Below are positions 1 through 14,100 of a stretch of DNA of 64,000 nt, piece by piece. The notes beneath the pieces are model-generated. The model saw nothing but the letters and a program-made list of their open reading frames with translations. It did no database searches and was not told the DNA's origin. The position numbers and the translations under genes are program-made. Location of the stretch: positions 63,612,001 through 63,676,000 of the forward strand of contig NC_042999.1 of the NCBI RefSeq assembly GCF_006345805.1, read 5' to 3'. This DNA is from Octopus sinensis. Taxonomy: Eukaryota. Position 1 is the stretch's first letter, and every line of letters begins with the position of its first letter.

Positions 1-802
1 CAAATTCGATGATGATGATAATTATTAGCTGCAAGCCGGCAGAATTGTGAGCACAAACCCGTCTCTGTCTGTTACTTTTTAAATATCACTTGTTTCAGTC
101 ATTGGACTGCAGCCCTAATGGGGCATCACCTTGAAGGGTTTAGTCAAATAAATCAACTCTGGTACTTATTTTTAAATCTGATACCTATTCTCTTGGTTTC
201 TTTTCCTGATGCACCTACAGGGATGTAAACAAACCAACATTGGCTGTCCAGTGGTTGACACACACACACACACACACAAAGACATATGGTTTCCATGTAC
301 CAGATTCACTCATAATACATAGCTAAGCCCAGGGCTATATAGTAGAAGGCATTTTATCCAATGTGCAACACATTGGGACTGAATATGAAACCACTTGGTT
401 GCAAAGTGAGCTTCTTAACCACAGATCCATGCCTGCATCTTTTGAGCACAGTTAAATTGGGAAACTGCAAGAATCATAAGTGTTAGGCAAAATGTCTGAA
501 TTCAAATCCTGCTGAAGTCGACGACTTTGCTTTTCATAATTTTTGGAGTTGATAAATGAGGTACCTGTCAAATACAAAAGTTAATTGTTCCCCACACTCC
601 CATCAAAATTTCAGGTTTTTTGCCTAATGCAGAAAAAATTATTATTATGATTATTATTCAGTGCTATATTTAAGAGATGAGGAATTATGTACATTATTTA
701 CATTAGACAGATGAGGGCAAATATCCGTCGAATGTAAATAATGATTATGATTATTGTTATCATGATTGCACACTAATTATTTCATTATTCTTTTACTTCT
801 AG

Positions 803-833
803 TTATCCGAGCAACCATGGTGTGGTGCCATCG
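803..833 (+). CDS. NADK: Candidate NADK 5' exon with ATG at 817 (MVWCH-R); alternative donor after 900
   Basis: Polypyrimidine acceptor cttttacttctag|803 and Kozak-like gcaaccATGG. The donor CG|gtaaat is phase 2, matching exon 3008. A second phase-2 donor AA|gtcagt after 900 also closes an open frame. No homology support. Confidence 0.35.
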
Positions 834-1812
834 GTAAATATTTGTTGCTTGAGATGACACTGACTTCACATATGTCCTATGATGATGTATTGTATCACAA
901 GTCAGTTTGGTTCATACTAGCTTTGTCACATACACAATTAAACAATGACAATGATGTCAAACCAGTGAGGGACCCTCATGTGGTTGCTTGATCTACTAGT
1001 AATAATTTCTAGATCTCACTCATAAAAGCAGGACATATTTAATCATGTAATTCAGAGTTATGTGTTTTGAAGAAAGACATGACAGTTTGGTTTTTCAGAT
1101 GACTACCACCTTTGAAAAGAATGACACTATAGATAATGTGGGCCTAGATATACTTAGAAAGAAAACAAAAGATTGTCACGAGTGATATATTTTTGTCTTT
1201 TAGGAAAACACATTAGATAATAATGATCTTGGGTACATTGTACCTAGGGAAAATGTTGGGATGGTCATAGCTGAAACATTTTTGATCTAGCATCTGCTAG
1301 AACAGTAGTGACTCACTTCTGGTCACACAACAATGATCACATCAACAATGATAAAGCTAATATAAACTTGATATTTTTTTCATTTGTTTTAATGATTATA
1401 GTTATAAAGGTGATGAGATGGTAGAATTGTTAGCACACCAGACAAAATACTACAGCATAAGAGACTGATAGAATAAGGACCATTCAACTAAAACCCTTCA
1501 TGGTGGTGTCTCAGCATAGCAACAGTCCAAAGACTGGAACAAGTAAAAAATAAAAACATCAATGTTTAAATATAAGATGAAGCTGTCATAGCAGGAAGAT
1601 CTTAGACCATAAGTCTGCTTGATCAGGGCTAAATTTAATCAACAACAAATATATGCAGTTCTAAATTATATAGTTATTATTTGTCTTCAATTTGATACAA
1701 ATGTTCCCTGCCTACTTTTATGTGAGCAATTCATATGTTTTTGTTTATTTACTGCAAATATCTCTGACTGTAGAACAAAAGCAAGAAATAATGTTTGTTT
1801 AAACTGTTACAG

Positions 1813-1941
1813 CTTTGGAGTGTTTCCACGCGGAGATATCAACATTTTATTTGACAGTTTCAGTAACACCCTCAGGAACAAACATTCAATACTCCAGCAG
1901 AATGTCAAAGATCAGCTGTTAACAACATTTACAAGTTATAA
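1813..1941 (+). CDS. NADK: Candidate symmetric (phase 2-2) NADK 5' exon FGVFPRGDINILFDSFSNTLRNKHSILQQNVKDQLLTTFTSY
   Basis: Acceptor ttacag|, 129-nt open frame, weak donor AA|gtaaaa; in frame with exon 3008. No homology support. Confidence 0.25.
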
Positions 1942-2622
1942 GTAAAACTCCATTAACTCATAGTCTGGAAACACATACACACGCATGCGCACACATACAC
2001 ACACACACACACATTCTCTTTCTCTCTTTCTATCTATCTATCTTTCCCCCAATGCTTCATAAACTCATAAGCCTTATGCACTTTTAAGAGTAAATGCTTA
2101 CCTCTAGGGTTTCATAGTTCGGTGGATAAAAGATTAATCATCCCTTGAATAGGAGGCCTGGTTTACTGCAAGTCACATCACATTTCCAGATGACCTCATT
2201 CCTATTCCCCTGTAGAAAACTAAATTAATTGAGCTGATGTTGACAGTACTCTGTCCCAGAGAAGTATAACAAAGTACCTGAAGTGGATTTGATCTGGCAA
2301 CCTATGAACAGGTTGTTCAATACACCCTCCTACAAACTAACAGCTGTTGTTTCTTCCCTAAGTACAAACCAACATTTTTCTTAATCCTACCTGTCACTTA
2401 AATATGAATGTCTTGTCTTCTGACTATTTCTTTCAGTAAGAATAAATAAACATTAGTCGTTCAACTGCATTTACTATCAAAACTGGACACTAATATAACA
2501 TTTATATGATCTATATTGCAATTGCTCTTGTAACACTAATCATATAACATGTGGTCTCTATTGTGATTGAACTTATATCACTATGCTGTAAATATTAATC
2601 ATAAAACATATGTGTACATTAA

Positions 2623-2842
2623 CCCTTTTGTTACTGAATTTATTTTGAGATGCTCTTTGTTTCTTTCAATTACTTTAAATATAACAAAGAATTTAGTAAA
2701 ATAACTTAGTTATCATTGAGCTAGTGTTAGGAACATAAATTGTGACTAAGGTTTGGTGGAAGATTTTAATTGAAAACTTATGAAAACAAGACATTTGTAC
2801 TCAGAGCCAGGGCCAGTTTCAGCCTGGTTGGTAATGAAAGGG
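2623..2842. mobile_element. piggyBac-like MITE
   Basis: TTAA|CCCTTT...AAAGGG|TTAA termini; the same family occurs inverted at 58990-59192. Confidence 0.8.
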
Positions 2843-3007
2843 TTAATATTAGTTTTATATTGCAATATATATATAGACACTATGAATTCATGACCAAGTC
2901 GTTAAATTCTTATTAATATTCCACTCCAAACCCTTTTATATTAATTTCGCACTGTGCTCTATCAATGTTTCTGATTTTATGGTTTAATTTTTTTTTTTTT
3001 TTTTCAG

Positions 3008-3137
3008 AACAATTCCGGAACAAACAGGACAGAAACTAAAATGGTCAGAACCTCCAGAAACAGTTCTGGTGCTTAAAAAGTCATTTGGTGACAATATGTT
3101 TGAACCATTTATTGAGGTTCTCTTCTGGCTTACTTAT
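3008..3137 (+). CDS. NADK: NADK exon [43 protein letters not shown]
   Basis: Poly-T ttttcag acceptor and gtaagt donor. Aligns by eye to human IQDPASQRLTWNKSPKSVLVIKK...PFKEL. Confidence 0.88.
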
Positions 3138-5994
3138 GTAAGTATGTTATATTTGCTGTTTCCACTGTTATGCCACTTGGTGATATTCATGAAGGATACC
3201 CAGTTTGAAAATAAGCCAGTCTAATCTCATCCTGTTATCAATAATCTTTTAGTCTGTGATTGCTTAACAATGACAAAAATAACAAAAACTCCAATTTAAT
3301 AATAGCCAGGTTCACACCCACCTGTCTCGCTATCATCATCATCATCAATAGTATTAATATGCTAAATTTTTGTTTTTGTACGTACCTGCTGCATGCGTCA
3401 CACTTCAAAGGAGTGGCAAAGCAAGAGAGAGGTGGACAGAGAGGAAGTAAGAGAGAGAGAGAGAGTGAAAGAGACTGAGTGGTGTTTGTTTTATGTTTTT
3501 AAATGTTTCAGAGAGGACGTAAGAGAGAAAGAGAGTGAAAGAGACAGTGAGTGGTGACAGGGTTCATTTTGTGTTTTTAAATGTTTATCACATTGCAACA
3601 GAAGCAGATACATAGATACATACATACACACATTGTTAAATCAAAAGTGGGAAAGAAGAGGAACACAAAGGAAGTGAGAGACGGTAGATACATAAATCCA
3701 AAGAAAAGTTCATACATAGGACACAGAAAATATTGGCTGTCAATTTCACTTTTCAATACCACACGAGGATAAAATTAACTGACAAATGGCTGAGTACTCC
3801 ATAGACATGCATAACATTAACGTAGTTCTCAAGGAGATTCAGCCTCACACAGAATATGACAAGGCTGGCGCCTTTGAATTACATCTACAACTCGAGACAT
3901 ATGAATGTATTTGTGTGTGTGTGTATAGTATAGGTTAGTTAAAACATGTTTGCAATAATAAGTGTTATGTGATCGAAATAACCACAATTACCAAACTTTC
4001 ATTCATAAATCCATTTATTATTTCATTATTTTGCATTTCAATTTGTACATTTGTACCCAGAAATTTTCAACAACTGCATGCCAGAAGAAATGGAAAAATG
4101 AGTAATTTTATCTCCTAAAAATTCTGACTGTCTTGCAATAAATGTAAAAGTTCTTAATATCATACCAGGGGCACTTAAAACGTATTTAGGCACAGATTCA
4201 GTGTCCTGCAATAATGAAGAGGAGGTTCAGAACTATCCATTTGAATTCATAAACTCACTCACTCATCGCCTCAACTTAAAAGTAGGAGCTATTGTAATGC
4301 TACTAAGAAATCTTTCCATCAGTCAGGGATTATGTAATGGAACTTGCATGAAAGTGCAAAGACTTCATGAACATTGTGTAGAGGCATTATTTGTAACGGG
4401 CTCCAACAGAGGTCGTACATTTCTAATTCCCAGAATTAAATTTAGCCCAAGTGATGCAAATATTCCATTCACACTAAACAGACTTCAGTTTCCACTTCAA
4501 CTTGCATATTCAATAACAATAAGGCTCAAGGGCAAACATTTGAAAAAGTTGGAATACGTTTGCCTCGACCGGTTTTTTCTTATGGCCAATTATATGTCGT
4601 ATTTTCAAGAGCATGAGCTATATCAAAGTAGGAGTTATGACACTCAATTGGGATAACAGTCAAAGCCAAAAACACACAAAATATTGTCTACCATGAAGTA
4701 CTGTGAGGAAGACCACCGCACCAGTTAGCATCACCACCACACCAGCTGCTCCATCATTACGCATCCACATTACACCTTTAAGATCAACATACCAACAAAC
4801 CACAAAATCGCACCAGCCGGCATCACTGCTACCTCCAAGGCCATCGTATATATATATATATGTATATGTATGTATGTGTGTTTGTGTCTATTTGTCACAC
4901 CACCATTGCTTGACAACTGATGTTGGTGTGTTTGCGTCCCTGTAATTTAGCTGTTCAGCAGAAGAGACTGATAGAGTAAGCACCAGGCTTACAGGGAATA
5001 AGTCCAGAGGTCAATTTCTTCGACTAAAGGGTGGTGCTCCAGCATGGCCACCATCAAATAACTTAAAGAATAAAAGAATATCAGAAAAACATTCCGTACC
5101 ACTAAACCAAGAAGGTCCTTTGAATATATACGATGTATTTTAAGGTTAAATAGTAATTCCGTTTACATTTGTGTGACTGAGATATTTTGGTTGGATTGTA
5201 TAGTCTTTGGTGTTACATTACTTTCTATATTCTGTAACTCACTATATACTTTTCTAGGCCTGAAATTTTTGTGGGGCGGGGGGCCAGTTGATAAGATCGA
5301 CCCCAGTACACAATTGGTACTTAATTTATCGACCCTGAAAGGATGTAAGGTAAAGTCGACCTCGGTAGAATTTGAACTCAGAACATAAAGACAGATGGTC
5401 ATAATATGCAAACATGGCATCAGTACAGTTTACAGATGCTTACATTTTTTATGTTTTCCGTGAATTTTTCACAGGTCCAGCTAGTTATAAACAAATAGCA
5501 GTAGTTTCTCTGAGCTACTTATAGTGTTTCCTTTTTTAGAAGAAGTAATCAATTATTACATAATATACTTTTATTTAGTCTCACAGCATGGCAGCTTGTG
5601 CAAGGGTCTTCTATAGTCCTGGGATAACCACACCTTGTGAGTGGATTTGGTACATAGAAACTGAAAATTTGTTGTGTATGTATATATACATACCAGCCTA
5701 AGATGTTTGTTTTCGTTCGGTTTCCTTGTATGTCTCCACTGACCTGTTTTTGTTCCCAACTTTGACCCTCCATAAATCTCAAATTTTATTTTGGTACTTA
5801 TGGGAGCAACTGTCTTCAAAGACTCATATTGTCATTCAGTGCTCGAAATGAGGTGTAGATAGACAGCGGACGATTGATGAGGGGTCGTTCTTTATGTTAC
5901 TTGTCCTGTTTTCCATTTGTTTCTCTCGTTGTTAGCGTATTGAATTAATTTGTTTTTGTATTTCATGTTGTTTACTGTTGGTGATGTCCTGTAC

Positions 5995-6051
<57 letters not shown>

Positions 6052-6267
6052 CATCATCGTTTAACGTCCACTTTCCATGCTAGAATGGGTTGGACAATTT
6101 GACTGAGGACTGGCGAACCAGATGGCTGCACCAGGCTCCAATCTTGATCTGGCAGAGTTTCTACAGCTGGATGCCCATCCTAACGCCAACCACTCCAAGA
6201 GTATTATTTATATTATTTGATTGAATGCCATGCATCCATTTCCAAGTATATATATATATATACATAT

Positions 6268-6315
<48 letters not shown>

Positions 6316-7032
6316 CACATGCATATCTTTTCCATATCATTTAGAGTAAAATTATGTGTTTTCTATACTGAGCATACCCAACTGTCACCTATTATCTCTC
6401 TCTCTCTTTCAATATATATGTGTATATGTATGTATGTATGTGTAGATATATTTATATACATACATATATATACATATATTTATAGTGTGTGTATGTTTAT
6501 GTGTGCCTTTGTCCAGGCATCACATGATGGCTGTAAATGAGCATCATTGTCATACAAGCAAGGTTCTTCAATTCCAGTCTTCCGTGAAAAACATGTCTGG
6601 TTACGTGGATATAAATATTACCGTACTTGGAAACAGGTGAGGGCTGGCAACAGGAAGAGCATCCAGCCATAAGAAAATCTGCTTCAACAAGTTTCATCTG
6701 ACCTGTAGAAAAGTGGACTTTGAATGATGATGATGATTCAATAAATAGGCACAGGCTGTGGTTATAAAGCTTGCCCCGCAGCCACATAGTTTGGTCTTCA
6801 ATCCCAATGCCTGGTATCTTTGACAAGTGTCTTCTAATATAGCCTCAAGTCTTTTAGTCATACATAGTGAGTCCAATGAAAAGTTATATGTTTTTGACAA
6901 GTAAGCACATTTCCATGTGCTTTCATGCATGCATTTTTATTCTGTTTGTACATGTGTTTGAATGTATTTATTTTTCTTTTTGTGTATATGTGTGCGTGTT
7001 TAGTTTTATATATATATTTATATATATATATT

Positions 7033-7066
<34 letters not shown>

Positions 7067-7093
7067 ATCGTCATTTAACGTCCACTTTGACGA

Positions 7094-7138
<45 letters not shown>

Positions 7139-9134
7139 TAAACACGCACACACATATATATATATATACAGGGTGGCCCAAAACTAGGTTTACAGTTATC
7201 ACAGAGCCACTTTAAATTTCTTTTAAAACATTTTTTTACATTTAAATTTCTCTCTTACAAACTGAAAAGGGAGCTTGATAAAATTAACTAAATTAGCATA
7301 GAATAATGGTTTCATAATTTTTTTTTATAATTAAGATTTAAGTCAAAATTATTAATCTAATTTTTGTTTTTAACTTTTCTTTATAGTTTAGTCTGTAGTC
7401 AGGGGAGTGTGTAAAATGATGTGTATATGTGAGTGTGAGATAGGCTTTTGCACAATTTCACTTTACCAAATTCCCCTTGCAAGGTGTCAGTCAACCCAAA
7501 ACTATGATAAACAACATCTGACCCAGGATTGAACCTGGAATTATGTATTCATACAGTGAGCTTCTTGACTACATAGCTATGTGTTTGTTTATACAAAACT
7601 ACTTGATTTTCTCGTTATTTTAGTACCACCCACCCACCCACACACATACATGTAAATATATATATACAAAGATAGATAGCTGGATAGATAGATAGATAGT
7701 TATAGATGCACAAATATATATATATAGATACCTGATGAGACCCCAATAAGGCTTGAAAATCAATTATCGCCAGTCTTGTAAAAAATATAAATATGTGTTC
7801 TACAAAAAATATTGAATAATCTTCGTTTTATTGATTTTATTATGACTACATAAAAACAAACATTACCTGCCTGTCTGTCACTGTGTGTGTGTGTGTGAGG
7901 GCACATGGTTTAGTGGTTAGGGTATTTGGCTCACAAACATAAGGTTGTGAGTTCAATTCCCAGCAGCACATTGTGTCCTTGCGCAAGACACTTTATCTTT
8001 CATTGCTCCAGTCCACTCAGCCGGCAAAAGGACCAGCCTTGTAACATTTCTCTGTGTCATGCTGAATCTCCATGAGAGCTATGTTAAGGGTACATGTGTC
8101 TGGGGAGTGCTCAGCCATTTTGCACATTAATTTCACTAGCTGGCTTTTCCATTGATCAGATCAACTGGAACCCTCATCATCGTAACCAACAGAGTGCCAG
8201 TAAGTAGTGTGTGTGTGTGTTATTGTAACAGATGCTAAGATATTAAAGATTCTAATCTTAAAGTCAAAAAATACAGCAGTGTTGCTCAATACCTCCATGC
8301 TCATAAATCATTGATTAACAATTATAAACCATCAGCTACACTTGTCTGCTCACACCTGTATGTACACATGCATGTTGTAAATCACGAAGACAGTCTTTTT
8401 GATATTTCCTTTAGCAATTTTTTTTCTGTGAAAACTAGTTGATGTAAGGCTGTGCCTTCTTTTGAAAGTGTCAACAGATTAAAAAAATATATGCCTACAC
8501 AAAATCTTATTTCCTTATATCCTGTTACACAGCTTGAATATTAACTAGCTAGCTGTGTCTACTTACTCCTTTGTTATTATTACTTCCTTCATGGTTTTTT
8601 TCCCCTCATTAATTTTGTCTAAAGTATATGACCATATTCATGTCCTTTGAAAGAGGTGAGGTTGATCCCTTTAATGTGCAGCTTTAATCTGTTGCACTAT
8701 CTACAGCTGCAAAAAGGACATATACATGAAGGGATTTCCAGAAGGCCAGCATTCTTAGAAAAAAGGCCCTGGCATTATAATTAATTCTGGGCCATTTGCA
8801 GTTGGATTCCACTTAAAGCATGAAAGGGCCAATTGGTGATAGAGTTCAACCGGGTAGTTAAGTCTACTAACCAAAAACGAGTAGAGTCCATCCAATGGAC
8901 TTCAATGTGGCCTTTTATTAAACCAGTTTCGCTCACATTGTTGGATATGGTCCAAAGTTATGGTAGAAATTATTAGCTTATGATGCCTCACAGTGTGCTC
9001 AAAACTCAGGAAACCCTGACATAATCTAGATCATGTTTACATCTGTTGCAATTATGTGATCAAATCCACAAGCACTCCATGTGTGAGAACCAATGAAGGA
9101 ACCTCTGTGTAGTGATTGATATACTACAAATAAC

Positions 9135-9198
<64 letters not shown>

Positions 9199-11036
9199 TC
9201 ACACCCTACATGGATAAAGGGACATTGGATTATCTAGTTCTTGCAATATTATAGCAAGTTGGGAAGGAAAAAGATGAGATGGTCATGGCTAGAACACCTT
9301 TAATCATTGGTCAGAATTGACCTAGGGCACACCACCAACAATGACACTATGTATGTCACTCACATCTATACATGCTCAATGTAGTTAGTCTTTCCTCCTC
9401 CTGCTACTACTGTAGATAGTCTCTTCTGACTCCAACTGAATGAACATCATCAAACAGTGTAGACAGGTCTGAAATTGTTTTGTATTTCCTTCATCCACTC
9501 TCTCTCTCTCTCTATCTCCTTATTTCTTTATTGCCCACAAGGGGCTAAATATAGAGGGGACAAACAAGGACAGACAAAGGGATTAAGTCGATTACATTGA
9601 CCCCAGTGCGTAACTGGTACTTAATTTATCGACCCCGAAAGGATGAAAGGCAAAGTCAACCTCAGCGGAATTTGAACTCAGAACATAACAACAGACAAAA
9701 TACCTATTTCTTTACTACCCACAAGGAGCTAAACACAGAGAGGACAAACAAGGACAGACAAGCGGATTAAGTCGATTATATCAACCCCAGTGCGCAACTG
9801 GTACTTAATTTATCGACCCCGAAAGGATGAAAGGCAAAGTCAACCTCAGCGGAATTTGAACTCAGAACATAACAACAAACGAAATACCACTAAGCATTTT
9901 GCCCAGCGTGCTAACGTTTCTGCCAGCTCGCTGCCTACACTCCATCTCCCTCTACACTCAGCACTTGACTGAAATGTCCAAGTCCTTTTATATTTTTCCT
10001 TTTATTGTTTCCTCTACCCTTACCTTGGAACTGCAATCCTCTCAAAACAACGGCTATAAAAAACAGCAGATGAGTTATTTATATCCAGCTGAAAAATCAA
10101 ATTACTTCAATAAAAAAAATGGTAACAGTTGGTCTATAAGAGGTGTTCATAGAAAAGTTTGATATGTTTAAATGCTGCAAAGAATTAAAAAGGCATTTGG
10201 TTTAGGTTCTTTTCTTTTGTATGAACCTGAAAAAGAGGGATGTGACCATATTTCTAATATTTTTAATGAAACACATAAACTAATTTTGACAATCAAGAAT
10301 TCAGAGCTGTTCAGTAAAATAATTAATTAAATTTTCCTTTATTAAGATGGTGTTTAGAACATAATTTAACAAAAAGTTCATACATAAAATTATAGAAGAG
10401 TACAATTTAAATATAAACACTTCAGAACTTACCTGTTTAATGTCATAAAAACAGGGATGATCTTAGGCTGGTTGGTATCAAAAGAGTTAATGTAAAAAGT
10501 AGTTGTGATACTTGTGCCAGTAGCACGTAAAAAAGCACCATCCGAACGTGGCCAATGCCAGCGCCACCTTGACTGGCTTCTGTGTCGGTGGCACGTAAAA
10601 AGCACCCACTACACTCACAAAGTGGTTGGCATTAGGGAGGGCATCCAGCTGTAGAAACACTGCCAGATCAGACTGGAGCCTGGTGCAGCCTCCTGGCTTC
10701 CTAGACCCCGGTTGAACCGTCCAACCCATGCTAGCATGGAAAACAGACGTTAAACGATGATGATGATGATGATAATTGAAGTCACAAAGCTACAAGATAA
10801 TGTATGATTAATTGAAAACTATGTGCATTACTAAGCATTACATTTGACAGAGTAATCTGACTGTTAAAGGGTTAAAGTAATTATTCCAGAAATCTCCTTA
10901 TATCCATAGAAAACAACAATACATCTATAGGCCAATGTAATTTGTTGTTCTGTTTTATGGAGAAATCAAATGCCAACATAGACTAGTTTTTCATCAAAGA
11001 GTGATAAAAAATTTTAAAGTGTTGGAAACATTAATC

Positions 11037-11112
<76 letters not shown>

Positions 11113-14100
11113 CTCTCTGCTTATTTATTATTTTACACTTGGTAAATGGAAACTGAACTGAAAGAAGCCCGTCGTATATGTATATGTTAGTGTGTCTGTG
11201 TTTGCCCCCCCCCCCATCGCTTGACGACTGATGTTGGTGTGTTTACATCGCTGTAACTTTGCTGTTCGGCAAAAGAGACCAATAGAATAAGTACTAGGCT
11301 TACAAAGAATAAGTCCTGGGGTCGATTTGCTCGACTAAAGGCGGTGCTCCAGCATGGCCACAGTCAAATGACTGAAACAAGTAAAAGAGTAAATAGCTAC
11401 AATAATTGTGACCTCATTACATACAACCAGCGTGTTGTACTATTAAACAGGGCACACAATCCCTTATTACTTGAGAATGCCTGGCTGTCGAAAAGGCCAC
11501 ACTCTTACCTTACTACTGAGTATTTAAAGTAGGAAATTCTTAGGAGGCATTTACCTATCAAAGTTGTCACAACAAAGCACAAATGTTATGACAAAATTAG
11601 TATCAAGAAAATATATGTAAAATACAGAAAAATTAAAACCATTTCGGTCCTAGGATTTATCTCACTTAAGCTCATTGTACATTACTTGGCCTAGTGGTTA
11701 GAGCAGCAGACTCGCGGTCGATGGATCGCAGGTTCGAAACTCAGAGTGCGTGTTTATGAGCGAAACACCTAAGCTCCATGCGGATCCAGGAGAAGGTTAT
11801 GGTGAACTTCTACTGACTCTTTTGCCACAACTTTCTCTCCTCCTTCCTCCTGCATCTTGCAGCTCATCTGCAACGGACCGGTGTCCCGTCCAGGTGGGGA
11901 ACCTATACGCCAAGGAAACCGGGAAACCGGCCCTTATGAGCCAAGCATGGCTCGAGAAGGAACAAACAAATTATAAATTACTTGCAGTATAACTAGTGAC
12001 GCCAGAAGACTTATGTGACCCTCTCTCCTGCATATCACCCCTCCTACTCTCATTTTTATCACCCTAGCTCTCTCACCATCTTGAGTTATACACTTAAGAG
12101 ACCTCATCAGATCTCCATGTATCTCTACCTATACTCACCATAGGTCATTTGGTATTGACATCCATCATTCACTCTCAGACCCCTTGCTGTCTATCACTCT
12201 CACACCTATCCTTACTGGTACTGTTACCGTGATAAAATGCAGTCAATACACTCTGTTAAGTGTAGGGTTGTGAGGACTGTTTTCAGTTTTGTCACACATA
12301 ACATTCTCTCTAATATTGATGCCATGTAAAAAGCACCCCGTAAAGTGGTTGGTGCTACGAAGGGCATCCAGCCATAAAAACCAAACTAGAAATTAAATTT
12401 ATGAGTGAGATTTGGTCCTCTGACCCCCAGAAGAGAGCAGAATTGACCTGCCCAACTCATGCCAGCATGGAAAATACATGTAAAACAATGATAATGATAC
12501 AGAGTGCTGGGTTCACATTCATGCACATTATGCAACTGCAATCTTTCCCTGACCAATGCACCACTCACCTGACAGTGTTGCTCTATCACCGTTAGCCAGA
12601 TCTTGAAGGTCAATGATAAACAGAATTTGAACTCAGACTTCAAGAGCCAGGTTAAATGTTGAAAATCATCTTGTCCAACATTCAAATTCTGCCAATCTTC
12701 CACTCTGGACTGGTACTTTATTTAGTGACCCTTCACTCAAAAAAAGGAAGGCAAAGACCTTGGTGAGATTTTAGCTAAAAGTGTGGCGAGCCAGAACAAA
12801 TACTTCCTGGAATTTTATCTGATGCTCTAACAACTCTGCCTGTCCCCTGTCTTTAGATAAGTTTAGGCTACATTAGGACAGAGTATGTAAGAATAAGAGT
12901 TACGCTGAATGTATTGAATACACTGTCATTTTAACATCCACTTTTCCATGCTTGCACTGATCAGACAGGGTTTAATGAGGCAGATTTTCTACAACCAAAT
13001 GCCCTGTTTATTGCCAACTCTTGCTTGTTTCCAGGTAAGGTAATATTTCCAGATATGTTTCTGCAGAAAATTAATTAATGATGTTCATTTACCAACAATT
13101 ACACAGTGTCAAAATAAGGAGACAGAAACAGTTGCACACTCACGTTCATATACATACCACACATGTACACATACACATACGATGGGCTTCTTTCTGTTTT
13201 CATCTACAAATCCACTCACAAGGATTTAATATTACTGATATTTGAATATTTTCTTTTTATATTTCCAGGAGAAAAAATTGACTGTGTTTGTAGAGTCAAA
13301 GGTTTTAAATCCTATATTTTTCAAGGACGAACGATATGACGGCATAAAAAATCATCTACAAACTTTCAATCAAGGTACTTTTTTTTTGCTTTCTTGTCTT
13401 TCTTATTTCTTGTAATTACAGTGAAAATAACTGGTGGTTGTATTTTATTACTAGCTCTATGACCCGGCAATGCCGGGTCATAGTGCTAGTGCATGCATAT
13501 ACAGCTGCATGTGTGCGCACATACACGCGAGTACTGTCCAAATCTCCGATCAATCACATACAGCTAGCTGGCATTCAATTGGCGTATCAAGTTTCGGACA
13601 TTTTGATTGGATTTTGGATAGAAAATTCACAAAAAAGTCACTTCTATTGATTTTTTAATGGCTTTGCAGGGTGACTGAGGAAATGTAAAGATGTGCACGA
13701 CCACCCTTGGACGGTTTACAATGACCATAGAAAGTGCGAGCCCTCTAACTGAAAAATTGTGGATTTGTATAAAAGACACGCACGCAGACATTTTGCCGTT
13801 TATATATATAGAGATATGGGTGTAGCAAATCAACAGGGTCGTTTGAATGTTGGATAGAATGCCTTGTGATATCTGTTTCAACTCTCTGAACCTTGAGATC
13901 AAAATCCCGTTGAGGTCAACTCTGTCTTTCATCTTTGCAGAGCGAATAAAAAAATTTATCAGTTTAGGGCAGTGGAGTGGCAAAATTGTTAGTGTTGGGC
14001 ATCTTGTGCTTTCCAGTTTAGTTCTATACATCCTGAGTTCAAATCTCACCCCATCACCAAAAAAGTCATGACACTTCTGTCAGGAGTTACAGCTGATAGA

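Noticed and set aside
4201-4656. Functional PIF1 helicase gene
   Set aside because: Upstream in-frame stop, missing PSG.PP segment and frameshifts; Helitron-type fragment.
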